From Spirochaetales bacterium Spiro_12 (GTDB lineage Bacteria; Spirochaetota; Spirochaetia; Treponematales; Rectinemataceae), in contig LVBN01000080.1 in the NCBI GenBank assembly GCA_001603165.1, positions 181 to 64,180 on the forward strand: 64,000 nt of DNA, read 5' to 3'. The position numbers were made by a program, and so were the translations under genes. The notes beneath the pieces were generated by a model. It did not search any database, had not been told where the DNA came from, and saw only the letters and a list, made by a program, of their open reading frames with translations. Of the stretch, positions 48,687 through 57,441 are shown piece after piece. The first letter of the stretch is position 1. Each line of letters starts with the position of its first letter.

Positions 48687-49223
48687 ATGAGCTTTTTTGC
48701 AATCCAGGTCGTGTCTGGTCGGGAAGATGCCTACATCGAGTTTTTCTCTAAGCAGAGGCCGGACCAGGCGCTATACAATATAAAAAAAACGATTCGCTCC
48801 CGAAAAAAAGGAAAACCCACCCTGGTGACCAGCTGCCTTTTCCCGGGTTATTTGTTTTTCCAATATCACGAGGATGGGATTTCCCCGGAGCTGCTGAGCA
48901 ATTTTCGAAAAACAAAGTACTTTATCCGCGTGCTTCCGGGGACCGATAACATAAAACCCCTAAGCGATCGGGACGCTTCGATCATCAGGCAGCTTGTGGC
49001 CTTCGGCGGCGAAATCGGGAGTTCCCTGGTCGCCTTCGACGAGAACAATCGCATCACGGTTATCCAGGGGCCCATGATGGGTATGGAAGGGAGGATCATC
49101 AAGGTGGATAGACGAAAAAAGCGGGCTAAAGTGCGGCTGGAGATGAACGATTCGCCTATCTCTTTCGATCTTTCCTTCGAAGTGCTCGAGTCTATCAAGG
49201 AGGAACAGCACGAACCCCGCTGA
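48687..49223 (+). CDS. NusG-family transcription elongation/antitermination factor (NGN + KOW), likely specialised paralog
   Basis: ORF-track ORF 48000.. trimmed to ATG 48687. NGN-like FFAIQVVSGRE..LFPGYLFF and KOW ITVIQGPMMGMEGRIIKVDRRKKRAKV. Not in the canonical secE-nusG-rplKA context. Confidence 0.8.
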   Translation: MSFFAIQVVSGREDAYIEFFSKQRPDQALYNIKKTIRSRKKGKPTLVTSCLFPGYLFFQYHEDGISPELLSNFRKTKYFIRVLPGTDNIKPLSDRDASIIRQLVAFGGEIGSSLVAFDENNRITVIQGPMMGMEGRIIKVDRRKKRAKVRLEMNDSPISFDLSFEVLESIKEEQHEPR

Positions 49224-49269
49224 TTATAAGGATATCCTGCCGCTTCTCGGCGATCTCGAACCGCCCGGA

Positions 49270-51297
49270 ATGCTCTTCGCGTCGACCATACGCTCCCCCT
49301 TTCATCGGGGAAGGAACGCCAAGGTTGGCATCGACGCGCTGCCCAAGGGGTATTCCGCGATTTTGGCGGAGGATCTGCCCAGGCATTCCCTTTTTCCCTC
49401 TTTTAAGGATGGGATTCCGATCTTCGCCTCGGAACAGATTTCCTACCGCGGAGAGGCCCTCGGGCTTATTCTCGGCCCCGACCCTGGCTCCTGCGACGAG
49501 CTGGCCGCGGCGGCCAGGGTGGAATGCGAGGAGGAGGAGCCGGAGCAGGAGTGGGAAAGCTTTTCCTCTTCCCAAATCGCTTATCATTACAGCGCCGAAT
49601 ACGGCGATCTGGAAAAAATGTTCGTCGCCTCGTCCACCGAGCTTAAAGAGGTCTATCGAAACGGCATTTTCGACCATCATTACAGCGAACCGATGGGCGC
49701 CCTATCCTTCTGGGACAAGGAAACGCTATCGGTTCACTGTGCCACTCAATGGCCCGACGACCTCCGCCGCCGCCTGTCCGGCGCTCTTTCGCTTTCCGAG
49801 GCGGATATCGTCGTTCATCCGACGGAAATGGGCCGGACGCTGGACGGCAGGCTCTGGTATCCCACGATCGTCGCGGCTCAGGCCGCGGCGGCTTCAAAGA
49901 TAAGCGGCAAGCCTGTTCGCATTCTCTATACCCGGGAGGAGGATTTTCTCCATACCACAAAACAAGCCCGAAGCGCGGTGAGCATACGATCGGGCAGCGA
50001 CGATCAAGGCCGTTTATTGGCCCTGGACATAGTCATTCTCATCAATATCGGCGCCTACAATCCTCTGGCCCCAGAGCTTGTCTACCAGGCCGCCTCGGCC
50101 ATCACCGGCATTTATTCCTGCCCGGCCATCCGTATAGAAGCCTATGCCATTCGCAGCAATACCATTCCCCTGGGAGCCATGGGCAGCGTGGGGGCCACCC
50201 ACGCGTTTTTCGCGATCGAAGCCCATATGAACAACCTGGCCCAGCGGTATTCGAAACATCCGGCGGAGATCAAGGCGCTTAATATACTCAAGAAAGGCCA
50301 ATCCACCTTTGGCGCCCCCGGCCTGAGCGCCGACATTCCCCTGGACAGGATTCACAGGGAATTACAGCTGGTTTCCGATTACCCAAGAAAATACGCCAGC
50401 TATGAGCTTGTAAAAAAAAGAGACCCCGGATGCAGGGAGGGTATCGTTCGCGGAATAGCCCTTACCCTGGGGTATCAGACCGGTCGTTCCTTCTCGGAGC
50501 AATCCACTATGAATAGCTATTCCGTCGAGGCGACCCTGGACAGGGAGCTCAAACTCCTCATAAAAACCCAGGCGGCCATAGGTTCGGAAGCTTTGAAGAC
50601 CATGTGGCGCAAGACCGCGGCGGAAATTCTTTCGATCCAGGAAGAGCACATACGGTTTCTCTTGCCGGAGAATACCCATAGCCTCCCATCCGGCCCCATG
50701 ACCCTCTCCCGGGGCTCCACGGTCATTCAGCACCTGATAGAAAAAACCTGTCGAAGCATTCAGAAAAAGCGTTTCAGGGAAAGCCTGCCGCTCAGCGCCA
50801 AGGCGCGGACGAGGGCGCCCAAGGCTTCGTCGAGCCCCGAAGGTCTTTACCCCGGAGCCCAGCTTCTCGATTCGGCATCCTGGTGCGGCACGGCGGTGGA
50901 GGTCGAGATCGACGCGCTTACCGGTAGGCCTATTCCCCTGGCGGTATGGATGGTGATTGACGCCGGAAGAATTATTTCCATGCAGACGGCCTTGGCGTCG
51001 CTCAGGGCTTCGACCTTGAGCGCCCTCGCGCTCTGCACGGCCAACGATTTCGATCCAGCTTCGGCGGGGATCGACGATTATTTGGCCGATTTTAACCTGA
51101 GGATGAGGGATCTTCCCGATATCCATATACGGTTTATCGATCCTGATCGCAATGGAGCGGCCAAGGGTATCGGCGAGCTTCCGTTTGTAACCATCCCCGC
51201 GGCGTTCTATAGCGCCCTCACCCAGGCTCTCGGGCTCGATCCTCGCCAGTTGCCCCTCAAAGGAGGGGAAATCCTGAGGCTTTTGGAGGGATCATGA
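49270..51297 (+). CDS. Xanthine dehydrogenase/aldehyde oxidase-family molybdopterin-binding-type large subunit, divergent
   Basis: Overall family collinearity (PGMLFASTIRSP, ISYRGEALGLILG hammerhead, HHYSEPMG, SGKPVRILYTREEDF, C-terminal AAKGIGELPF). Hallmark Gly-rich and FRGFG motifs are replaced. No SD and no canonical start for the conserved residues upstream of 49270. Confidence 0.75.
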   Translation: MLFASTIRSPFHRGRNAKVGIDALPKGYSAILAEDLPRHSLFPSFKDGIPIFASEQISYRGEALGLILGPDPGSCDELAAAARVECEEEEPEQEWESFSSSQIAYHYSAEYGDLEKMFVASSTELKEVYRNGIFDHHYSEPMGALSFWDKETLSVHCATQWPDDLRRRLSGALSLSEADIVVHPTEMGRTLDGRLWYPTIVAAQAAAASKISGKPVRILYTREEDFLHTTKQARSAVSIRSGSDDQGRLLALDIVILINIGAYNPLAPELVYQAASAITGIYSCPAIRIEAYAIRSNTIPLGAMGSVGATHAFFAIEAHMNNLAQRYSKHPAEIKALNILKKGQSTFGAPGLSADIPLDRIHRELQLVSDYPRKYASYELVKKRDPGCREGIVRGIALTLGYQTGRSFSEQSTMNSYSVEATLDRELKLLIKTQAAIGSEALKTMWRKTAAEILSIQEEHIRFLLPENTHSLPSGPMTLSRGSTVIQHLIEKTCRSIQKKRFRESLPLSAKARTRAPKASSSPEGLYPGAQLLDSASWCGTAVEVEIDALTGRPIPLAVWMVIDAGRIISMQTALASLRASTLSALALCTANDFDPASAGIDDYLADFNLRMRDLPDIHIRFIDPDRNGAAKGIGELPFVTIPAAFYSALTQALGLDPRQLPLKGGEILRLLEGS

Positions 51298-51779
51298 TCA
51301 TCGATGTCACTGTCAACGGCGTCCCCAGGCATTTAAAATCCAGAAGCGGAGATCGCCTTGTGGACATGCTGAGAAAAGAGCTTAAGCTTTTAAGCCTTAG
51401 TCCGGATTGCCTACAGGGGCGCTGCGGTAAATGCCTGGTTTTCATGGATGGCCGCATCGTGCATTCCTGCCTAGTCCCGGCATTCAAGGCGAGGGCGACG
51501 ACTATTCTCACCTTCGAAGCCATCGCAAAAAATCCCGAGGTAAAGGATATAGAAAAAGCTTTTCAAATAACCCAAACCCAACCTTGCCCTTTTTGCCGAA
51601 GCGCCAAGATCATGGCGATTTTCGATCTGCTGTCCCGGATTCCCCTCCCCGGCGAGGAAGATATCCTGGAGGCCCTGGATATGGTATCCTGCCCCTGCAG
51701 CGATCCCCTAGGCCTTATACAGGCCGTCAAGCTCGCGGCGGAGCTTCGGAATAAGAGGAAATTCAGTCGTGAAGCTTAG
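51294..51779 (+). CDS. (2Fe-2S)-binding small subunit of the XDH/CODH family
   Basis: Both cluster ligand sets present: C-x4-C-x2-C..C (DCLQGRCGKC..SC) and C-x2-C..C-x-C (PCPFC..CPC). GGAGGG SD. ATGA overlap with the large subunit. Confidence 0.88.
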   Translation: MIIDVTVNGVPRHLKSRSGDRLVDMLRKELKLLSLSPDCLQGRCGKCLVFMDGRIVHSCLVPAFKARATTILTFEAIAKNPEVKDIEKAFQITQTQPCPFCRSAKIMAIFDLLSRIPLPGEEDILEALDMVSCPCSDPLGLIQAVKLAAELRNKRKFSREA

Positions 51780-52596
51780 CGAAGTGTTCTTTCCCCAAGA
51801 TGTCGCCGAAATCCTCGAACTTCTCCGTAAAAACCCGGATATCCTTCTCCTGGCGGGAGGCAGCGCAATAGTCGGTTCCCAGGCTTCGAGAACGATCAGC
51901 CTTCCGGAGCAGGTGGCGTCGATCGCAAAGGTTCAAGAATTGCGAAAAACGGTGAGGACGGAACAGTTTCTCGAGATGGGCGCCTGCACAACCTTCACCG
52001 GTATCCTGAGCCTGGCGCCGACAAGTCTCCCCGAACCCCTCGGTTCCGTCATCAAGGCTATCGGGAACAGAGGGCTGCGCAACATTGCCACGATCGGCGG
52101 CAACCTATGCTGCGAAAATCGTTTTCTCGATCTCTGGCCCTTTCTCTCCTGCATGGAAGCCCAGGTTGAGTTCCGTTCCCCCTCGGGCAGCCGCTGGGCG
52201 AGCGTAGGACATCTCTGCGGAGAAGACAACAGACCACTGATTCCAAAGGCAAGCATCCTGAGTCGTGTCAGGATCCCCCTCTATAATTATGATTTTATAT
52301 ACTACCGAAAGTTGGGCAACTCCCTTTATCCTAGCTCCGATTCGGCGATGTTCGTTTGTATGGCGAATATAGCCAGGGACAAGGTGGAGGATTTTCGGCT
52401 GGTTTTTTCGGGCGACAAGGCTTTCAGGCTCAAAGATAAGGAAATGTCCATCTCCGGAAAAAAAACCTCGACGCCGCGAAGGGAGATTCGCGGCTTTGTC
52501 GCCGAGTATAAAAAAGCATTCGAAGAGATGGGGCTTTTCGACCCCAGACCCTTTACCGCTCTTTTGGAAGATGTCTTCGGGAGGTTGTTTCTTTGA
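51769..52596 (+). CDS. FAD-binding medium subunit of the XDH/CODH family (FAD_binding_5-like)
   Basis: LLLAGGSAIV and ATIGGNLC motifs. GTG start with AGAGGA SD. Overlaps the small-subunit stop. Confidence 0.85.
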   Translation: MKLSEVFFPQDVAEILELLRKNPDILLLAGGSAIVGSQASRTISLPEQVASIAKVQELRKTVRTEQFLEMGACTTFTGILSLAPTSLPEPLGSVIKAIGNRGLRNIATIGGNLCCENRFLDLWPFLSCMEAQVEFRSPSGSRWASVGHLCGEDNRPLIPKASILSRVRIPLYNYDFIYYRKLGNSLYPSSDSAMFVCMANIARDKVEDFRLVFSGDKAFRLKDKEMSISGKKTSTPRREIRGFVAEYKKAFEEMGLFDPRPFTALLEDVFGRLFL

Positions 52597-53354
52597 GCGG
52601 TAGATTATTTCTCCTTCCTGCCCCCCTTGCAGCCTATTCTCCCGAGGCATGGAGCCCCGAGACGCTCGCTCTTCACTTGCCCGCCAAGGCGATCGGCCTC
52701 TACGCTTCCCTGGATTCCTTCATCGTCGAATCGGAACGCAGCGCTCTCCGCCTTTTATCCCGATTTAAGGATGCCCAGTCCCTGCGAAGCCTCAAGCTTC
52801 GCGTCCTGAACGAGCATAGCGGGGAATCCGAATTGCCTTCCTTGCTCGAAGACCTGGAACAGGGGATGGATTGCGGATTTTTATCGGAAGCCGGTATGCC
52901 CTGCATCGCCGACCCCGGCGCCGCCCTCGTGGCTTACGCAAGGGAAAAGGGAGTCAAGATCATACCGATATCCGGGCCCTCCTCGATTCTGTTAGGGCTG
53001 GTGGCTTCGGGATTGGATGCCCAGCGTTTTGCTTTTTTAGGGTATTTGCCGCAGAACGGCGAAGAGCGCAGGGCCTATATCGCCCGGATGGCGACCGCCG
53101 TCCTCAAGGATGGAATGACCAGGGTGTGTATCGAGACACCTTACAGGAACAAAGCGCTCCTTAAAGATTTGATCGCGCTTTTGCCGGACAGTCTGTGGCT
53201 CTGCGTGGCCTCGGACCTCTGCGGAGCGGAGGAACGCGTTCTCAGCGCCCCGGCGGCGCAGTGGCGGAGATCGGGTTTGCCGGCCATTGGAAAAGTACCG
53301 GCGATATTTCTTTTCGGGAAAAGGGCGGGAATGCGGCCGCCGGACAGCCGTTAG
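52593..53354 (+). CDS. SAM-dependent methyltransferase of the tetrapyrrole-methylase (RsmI/YraL-like) superfamily
   Basis: FLSEAGMPCIADPGAALVAYAREKGVKIIPISGPSSILLGLVASGL..FAFLGYLP matches the RsmI-type core. TTG start (TTGA overlap) with GGAGG SD. Confidence 0.8.
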   Translation: MSGRLFLLPAPLAAYSPEAWSPETLALHLPAKAIGLYASLDSFIVESERSALRLLSRFKDAQSLRSLKLRVLNEHSGESELPSLLEDLEQGMDCGFLSEAGMPCIADPGAALVAYAREKGVKIIPISGPSSILLGLVASGLDAQRFAFLGYLPQNGEERRAYIARMATAVLKDGMTRVCIETPYRNKALLKDLIALLPDSLWLCVASDLCGAEERVLSAPAAQWRRSGLPAIGKVPAIFLFGKRAGMRPPDSR

Positions 53355-53374
53355 GAAACAGATTGACAGGGGGG

Positions 53375-56300
53375 TCAGGCCAAGGAGGCGAGACGCTCCC
53401 GTATGAATTCGCTTTTCTCCCGCAGCCCGATGGCCTTCGCGTGCAACACGATGGCGTTCGCTTTTTTCGGATCAAGCCGCACTAGTCCATTGGATTCTCG
53501 GATCAAGCGCAAAAGTCTTTCCACCGAGATTTTGGAAACCTTGGAGAATTCCACCGTTACCGTACCCGCCCTCTCCTTGAGGCTGGAAACGGAAAGCCTT
53601 CTGCAAAGTATCCGTATCTCCGCCAAAGAAAGAAGGGACAGCAACTCGTCGGGAAGCGGCCCGAAACGTCCTTCCAATTCGACCTGGAGGCCGTCCAGCT
53701 CTTCCTGCGTATAAATGGAAGCGATTTTCTTGTATACTTCCATCTTGATCATAGGCATAAAGATGTAATCGTCGGGTATATAACCGGTATACTCCAACTC
53801 GAGATAGGGCTCTTCCTCCTGTATTTCGGTTCCCGACAAGGCGCTCACGGCATCATCCAGAAGCTTGAGGTAGAGATCGAAGCCCACGGCGTAGATATCC
53901 CCCGACTGTTCCCTGCCCAGCAAATTACCCGCGCCCCGTACCTCCAGATCTTTCATGGCGATTTTGAAGCCCGAGCCTAGTTCGGTAAAGTCCGAAATGA
54001 TTTGCAGCCGCTTCATGGCTATCTCGCTCAAAGCCCGGCGGTCGGGATACAGAAGGTAGGCGTAGGCCTGTCGGTCCGAGCGCCCCACCCTTCCCCTGAG
54101 CTGGTAAAGCTGGGAAATGCCGTAAAAATCCGCCCGGTCGATGATAATTGTATTGACGTTGGGTATATCGATTCCATTCTCGATGATCGTGGTGGATATG
54201 AGAATATGGAAAGCTCCGTGGATAAAGCGGTGCATGATATCCTCAAGCTCCCCCGGATTCATTTGCCCATGGGCTGTCTCGGTAAGCGCTTCCGGGACCA
54301 GGCCGCGCAGAAAACTCTCCACCTCCGGAAGGTTTTCGATGCGGTTGTGCAGGTAGAAAATCTGCCCGCCCCGCTCCAATTCGTTATGGATAGCCCGGGC
54401 GACAACCTCGGGATTGAATTCCTCCACGTAGGTCTGAATAGGTTGACGTTGTTCCGGAGGGGTCTGAAGAATGGACATGTCCCGGATCTTCAACATGGAC
54501 ATGTGCAGGGTCCGGGGGATGGGGGTCGCGGTGAGGGTGAGACAGTCGATTCCCGCCTTCATTTCCTTGAGGCGCTCCTTGTCCTTGACCCCGAAGCGCT
54601 GTTCCTCGTCGATGACCAGGAGCCCGAGGTCCTTGAATCTGGCGTCTTTCTGCAAAATCCTATGGGTTCCGACAACCATGTCGACGCCGCCCGAGGAAAG
54701 TTCGGACAAAATTTTCCGCTGTTTTTTCTTCTCCACCAGTCTCGAGAGCATCTCAACCTTTATCGGATAATCCCTGAGGCGTTCCTGGAAGTTTTCGTAA
54801 TGCTGCTCCGCCAGAATGGTGGTAGGCGCCAGGAAGGCCACCTGCTTCCCGGAAGCCATTGCCTTGAAACAAGCGCGCAGGGCCACCTCGGTCTTGCCGT
54901 AGCCCACATCGCCGCAGACGAGCCTGTCCATAGGCTTCGGCTGCTCCATGTCGCGTTTTATCTCATCCACGCAGCGAAGCTGATCCGGAGTTTCCTGGTG
55001 CGGAAAGGAAGCCTCGAATTCGGCTTGCCACTCCCCATCGGGCGGAAAAGCGAAGCCCTTGGCCGTTTTCCGCCTGGCGTAAATGCGAATAAGTCGTTCA
55101 GCCAAGGCTTCGACGGATTTTCTTACCTTGGTTTTCCGGCTTTCCCAGGATTTCGAACCCAGCTTGTCCATCCTGGGGGATTCGCCTTCGTTGCCTATGT
55201 AGCGCTGGACGAGGTTGGCCTGTTCTATGGGAACGAAGACGGTTTCGGCGTCGGCATACTCGATTTTAATGTAGTCCCGCTCGTTGCCCAGGACCCTCAT
55301 GCGTTCGATGCTGGCGAAGCGTCCGATTCCGTAATTTATGTGCACCACGTAATCGCCGGGCGAAAGCTCGACGAAGCTGTCGATCACCGAACTGCGCGCC
55401 TGGCCCAGACTCTTGGGAACCCTTTTTCGGCGACCGAATATTTCACCTTCCTGAACTACCCTGAGCCTTATCCCGGGCATCGAAAAACCAGCGGAAAGGT
55501 CACCGGTGAAGATCTCGACCTCCGATTCAGGCAAGAGGCTTTTTATCCGTTCGGCCTGCACCCCCGAGGAAGCCACGATGCATGTCCTGAAGCCCAGGGC
55601 GTCGAAGTTAGCCAGGTCTTCCTTGAAATATCGCAGATTGCCGAAAAAAGATCTGGGCGGTTCCGACCCCATGTGCAACCTACCCGCCTGCAGGCTGTCT
55701 TTGAGGGCGAAACTGCTGATGAGTCTGGCCGCCTTTTCCCGTATGGCGGAGAAGGAAAGACAACATCGTTCCGGCGGAGGGACCGGCATTTCCCGCAAGG
55801 CCGGCCTGTACATCCCGGCATACTCCTTGCGCAGCGATTCGTCCTGGGCGTCCAGTCTTTCCCGGTTGAGCGCCAGGACGATCGTTGTGTCATTAAGGTA
55901 TTCGACAACCGAATACATACGATCGAAGGCCAGGCCGTACCACGCTTCCTCGCCTTGATACTCACCTTCGAGAGCGAGGGCATTGCTAAGCCGCTCCATG
56001 CGGCCTGCGCAACCTGGAAGAGCTTCGGCCTTCTCCGACAAGGCCGAGACCATGGAAGGTTCCCAGATTATTTCCTTCAACGGCCGAATAAGGCATTCCC
56101 CCCGCTCCTGGAGGCCGGACTGGGTTTCCACATCGAAACGGGTGATTTTGGCGATTTTGTCGTAATCCAGGTGAATACGGAAGGCCAATTCGTCTCCGGG
56201 CATAAAAAGGTCGAGCACCTCGCCCCGCTGGGCGAATTCCCCCGGCAAGGCCACCCGGGGCACCCTGAGGTACCCGTAACTCGCCAGGATATCGGCGATT

Positions 56301-56764
56301 TCCCCTGGATCGGCGACGGAACCCCTTTTAAGCAGGCGAAGCTTTGAAGCGAAGTATTCCCTGGGGGGGACCGGGGTAACCAATGCCCGGTGGCTGGCCA
56401 CCAAGACGGGCTGTTCGCCTGAACATAGCCCGGCCAGCACCGAAGCCCGATCGCCAAAGACCTTGGACCGAATCGCCGCTGGTCTATACGCCGCGGTTTT
56501 CCACCAGGGCAGGAGTCGGGAGCGGACTCCGAAAAACTCCAGATCCAGGCTGAAATCCTCAGCCTCGCGGTCGCTGGGCGTTACGATGAGCAAAGAGGCC
56601 GCCAGTCGCTTTGCCAGCTGCGCCGTCACCAGGGCGAGGAAGGCGGGTTCGGCTTCCTGCAGTTCCATAGGGTACCTGCCCGCCTGAATCTGTCGCTCAA
56701 GGGTTTTATACGCATCATGCCGCGGCAATATCTCTGTAAGTACTTGCGGTTCTCTTCTGTCCAT
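53375..56764 (-). CDS. mfd: Transcription-repair coupling factor Mfd
   Basis: 1129 aa. UvrB-homology N-terminus, RNAP-interaction domain, Walker A GDVGYGKTEVA, DEEQRFG, TRG/translocation and C-terminal D7 region. Confidence 0.97.
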   Translation of the reverse strand: MDRREPQVLTEILPRHDAYKTLERQIQAGRYPMELQEAEPAFLALVTAQLAKRLAASLLIVTPSDREAEDFSLDLEFFGVRSRLLPWWKTAAYRPAAIRSKVFGDRASVLAGLCSGEQPVLVASHRALVTPVPPREYFASKLRLLKRGSVADPGEIADILASYGYLRVPRVALPGEFAQRGEVLDLFMPGDELAFRIHLDYDKIAKITRFDVETQSGLQERGECLIRPLKEIIWEPSMVSALSEKAEALPGCAGRMERLSNALALEGEYQGEEAWYGLAFDRMYSVVEYLNDTTIVLALNRERLDAQDESLRKEYAGMYRPALREMPVPPPERCCLSFSAIREKAARLISSFALKDSLQAGRLHMGSEPPRSFFGNLRYFKEDLANFDALGFRTCIVASSGVQAERIKSLLPESEVEIFTGDLSAGFSMPGIRLRVVQEGEIFGRRKRVPKSLGQARSSVIDSFVELSPGDYVVHINYGIGRFASIERMRVLGNERDYIKIEYADAETVFVPIEQANLVQRYIGNEGESPRMDKLGSKSWESRKTKVRKSVEALAERLIRIYARRKTAKGFAFPPDGEWQAEFEASFPHQETPDQLRCVDEIKRDMEQPKPMDRLVCGDVGYGKTEVALRACFKAMASGKQVAFLAPTTILAEQHYENFQERLRDYPIKVEMLSRLVEKKKQRKILSELSSGGVDMVVGTHRILQKDARFKDLGLLVIDEEQRFGVKDKERLKEMKAGIDCLTLTATPIPRTLHMSMLKIRDMSILQTPPEQRQPIQTYVEEFNPEVVARAIHNELERGGQIFYLHNRIENLPEVESFLRGLVPEALTETAHGQMNPGELEDIMHRFIHGAFHILISTTIIENGIDIPNVNTIIIDRADFYGISQLYQLRGRVGRSDRQAYAYLLYPDRRALSEIAMKRLQIISDFTELGSGFKIAMKDLEVRGAGNLLGREQSGDIYAVGFDLYLKLLDDAVSALSGTEIQEEEPYLELEYTGYIPDDYIFMPMIKMEVYKKIASIYTQEELDGLQVELEGRFGPLPDELLSLLSLAEIRILCRRLSVSSLKERAGTVTVEFSKVSKISVERLLRLIRESNGLVRLDPKKANAIVLHAKAIGLREKSEFIRERLASLA

Positions 56765-56872
56765 CGTATTCTTTCCTAACCCAAACCTGTGGGCGAGCGG
56801 TGTTATCGACCGCGGTTTTCTGAGTATAATCTTCGTATCTTTTTTATTCCATCAGCGAGGCTCGAGAGAATA

Positions 56873-57373
56873 ATGTTTGCCGTTATTTTATCCGAAGACG
56901 ACGCCTTCTACCGCAGCGTCGCCCACCGATCCCGGCTTCATAACTATAGCGTCGCCCGCTATCGGGATCCGGTCAAACTAGCGGACAATCTCCCCGAACT
57001 GAGGCCAGAGCTGGTCGTGATCCGCGGCATCGACTTTCCGCTCCATTGGGAGATGCTCGCATCCCAGCTTTTATGCATGAAAAATCTCAGCGCCACCAGG
57101 ATAGTCCTGTTTCTGCCGGAAAACCTCCGCCCCTCGCACGGATGGCCGAATGTGAACCTCCTCTTGGAACCCGCAGGGCGCGGTACAGGTTCGGCTCTTT
57201 CCGAAAAAACCTCCAAGGAGTTCTCGGCCCTCCTCTCCCCAGGTAGAACGACAGGGCGGGGGCATGATTCGGCCGGAGCATCCTCTTCATCCACTCCGGT
57301 CTCCGGCCTGGCCTCGTCCAGGCTGATGCGCGCCGCGGGCAAATCCTCATCCGCCAAGGTGAATAATTTATGA
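56873..57373 (+). CDS. Hypothetical protein with receiver-like N-terminal half and Ser/Gly/Ala-rich tail
   Basis: ATG 56873 is preferred over GTG 56789. A TATAAT box lies at 56825-56830. Alternating beta/alpha pattern (MFAVILSED..ELVVIRGID..RIVLFLPE) resembles a CheY-like fold. Coding status is plausible but not proven. Confidence 0.45.
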   Translation: MFAVILSEDDAFYRSVAHRSRLHNYSVARYRDPVKLADNLPELRPELVVIRGIDFPLHWEMLASQLLCMKNLSATRIVLFLPENLRPSHGWPNVNLLLEPAGRGTGSALSEKTSKEFSALLSPGRTTGRGHDSAGASSSSTPVSGLASSRLMRAAGKSSSAKVNNL

Positions 57374-57380
57374 TAGCAGC

Positions 57381-57409
57381 TTGCATATATTCAGCATATA
57401 CGACATAGT
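57381..57409 (+). promoter_or_regulatory. Candidate promoter/operator upstream of the ArsR-family gene
   Basis: TTGCAT(57381-57386)-17 nt-CATAGT(57404-57409). It overlaps the direct repeat GCATATA at 57383 and 57394 (11-bp phase) and a TATAT-n5-ATATA inverted repeat. Confidence 0.3.
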
Positions 57410-57441
57410 TAATGTTGAAAACTAAAATAAGTAGGGATACT

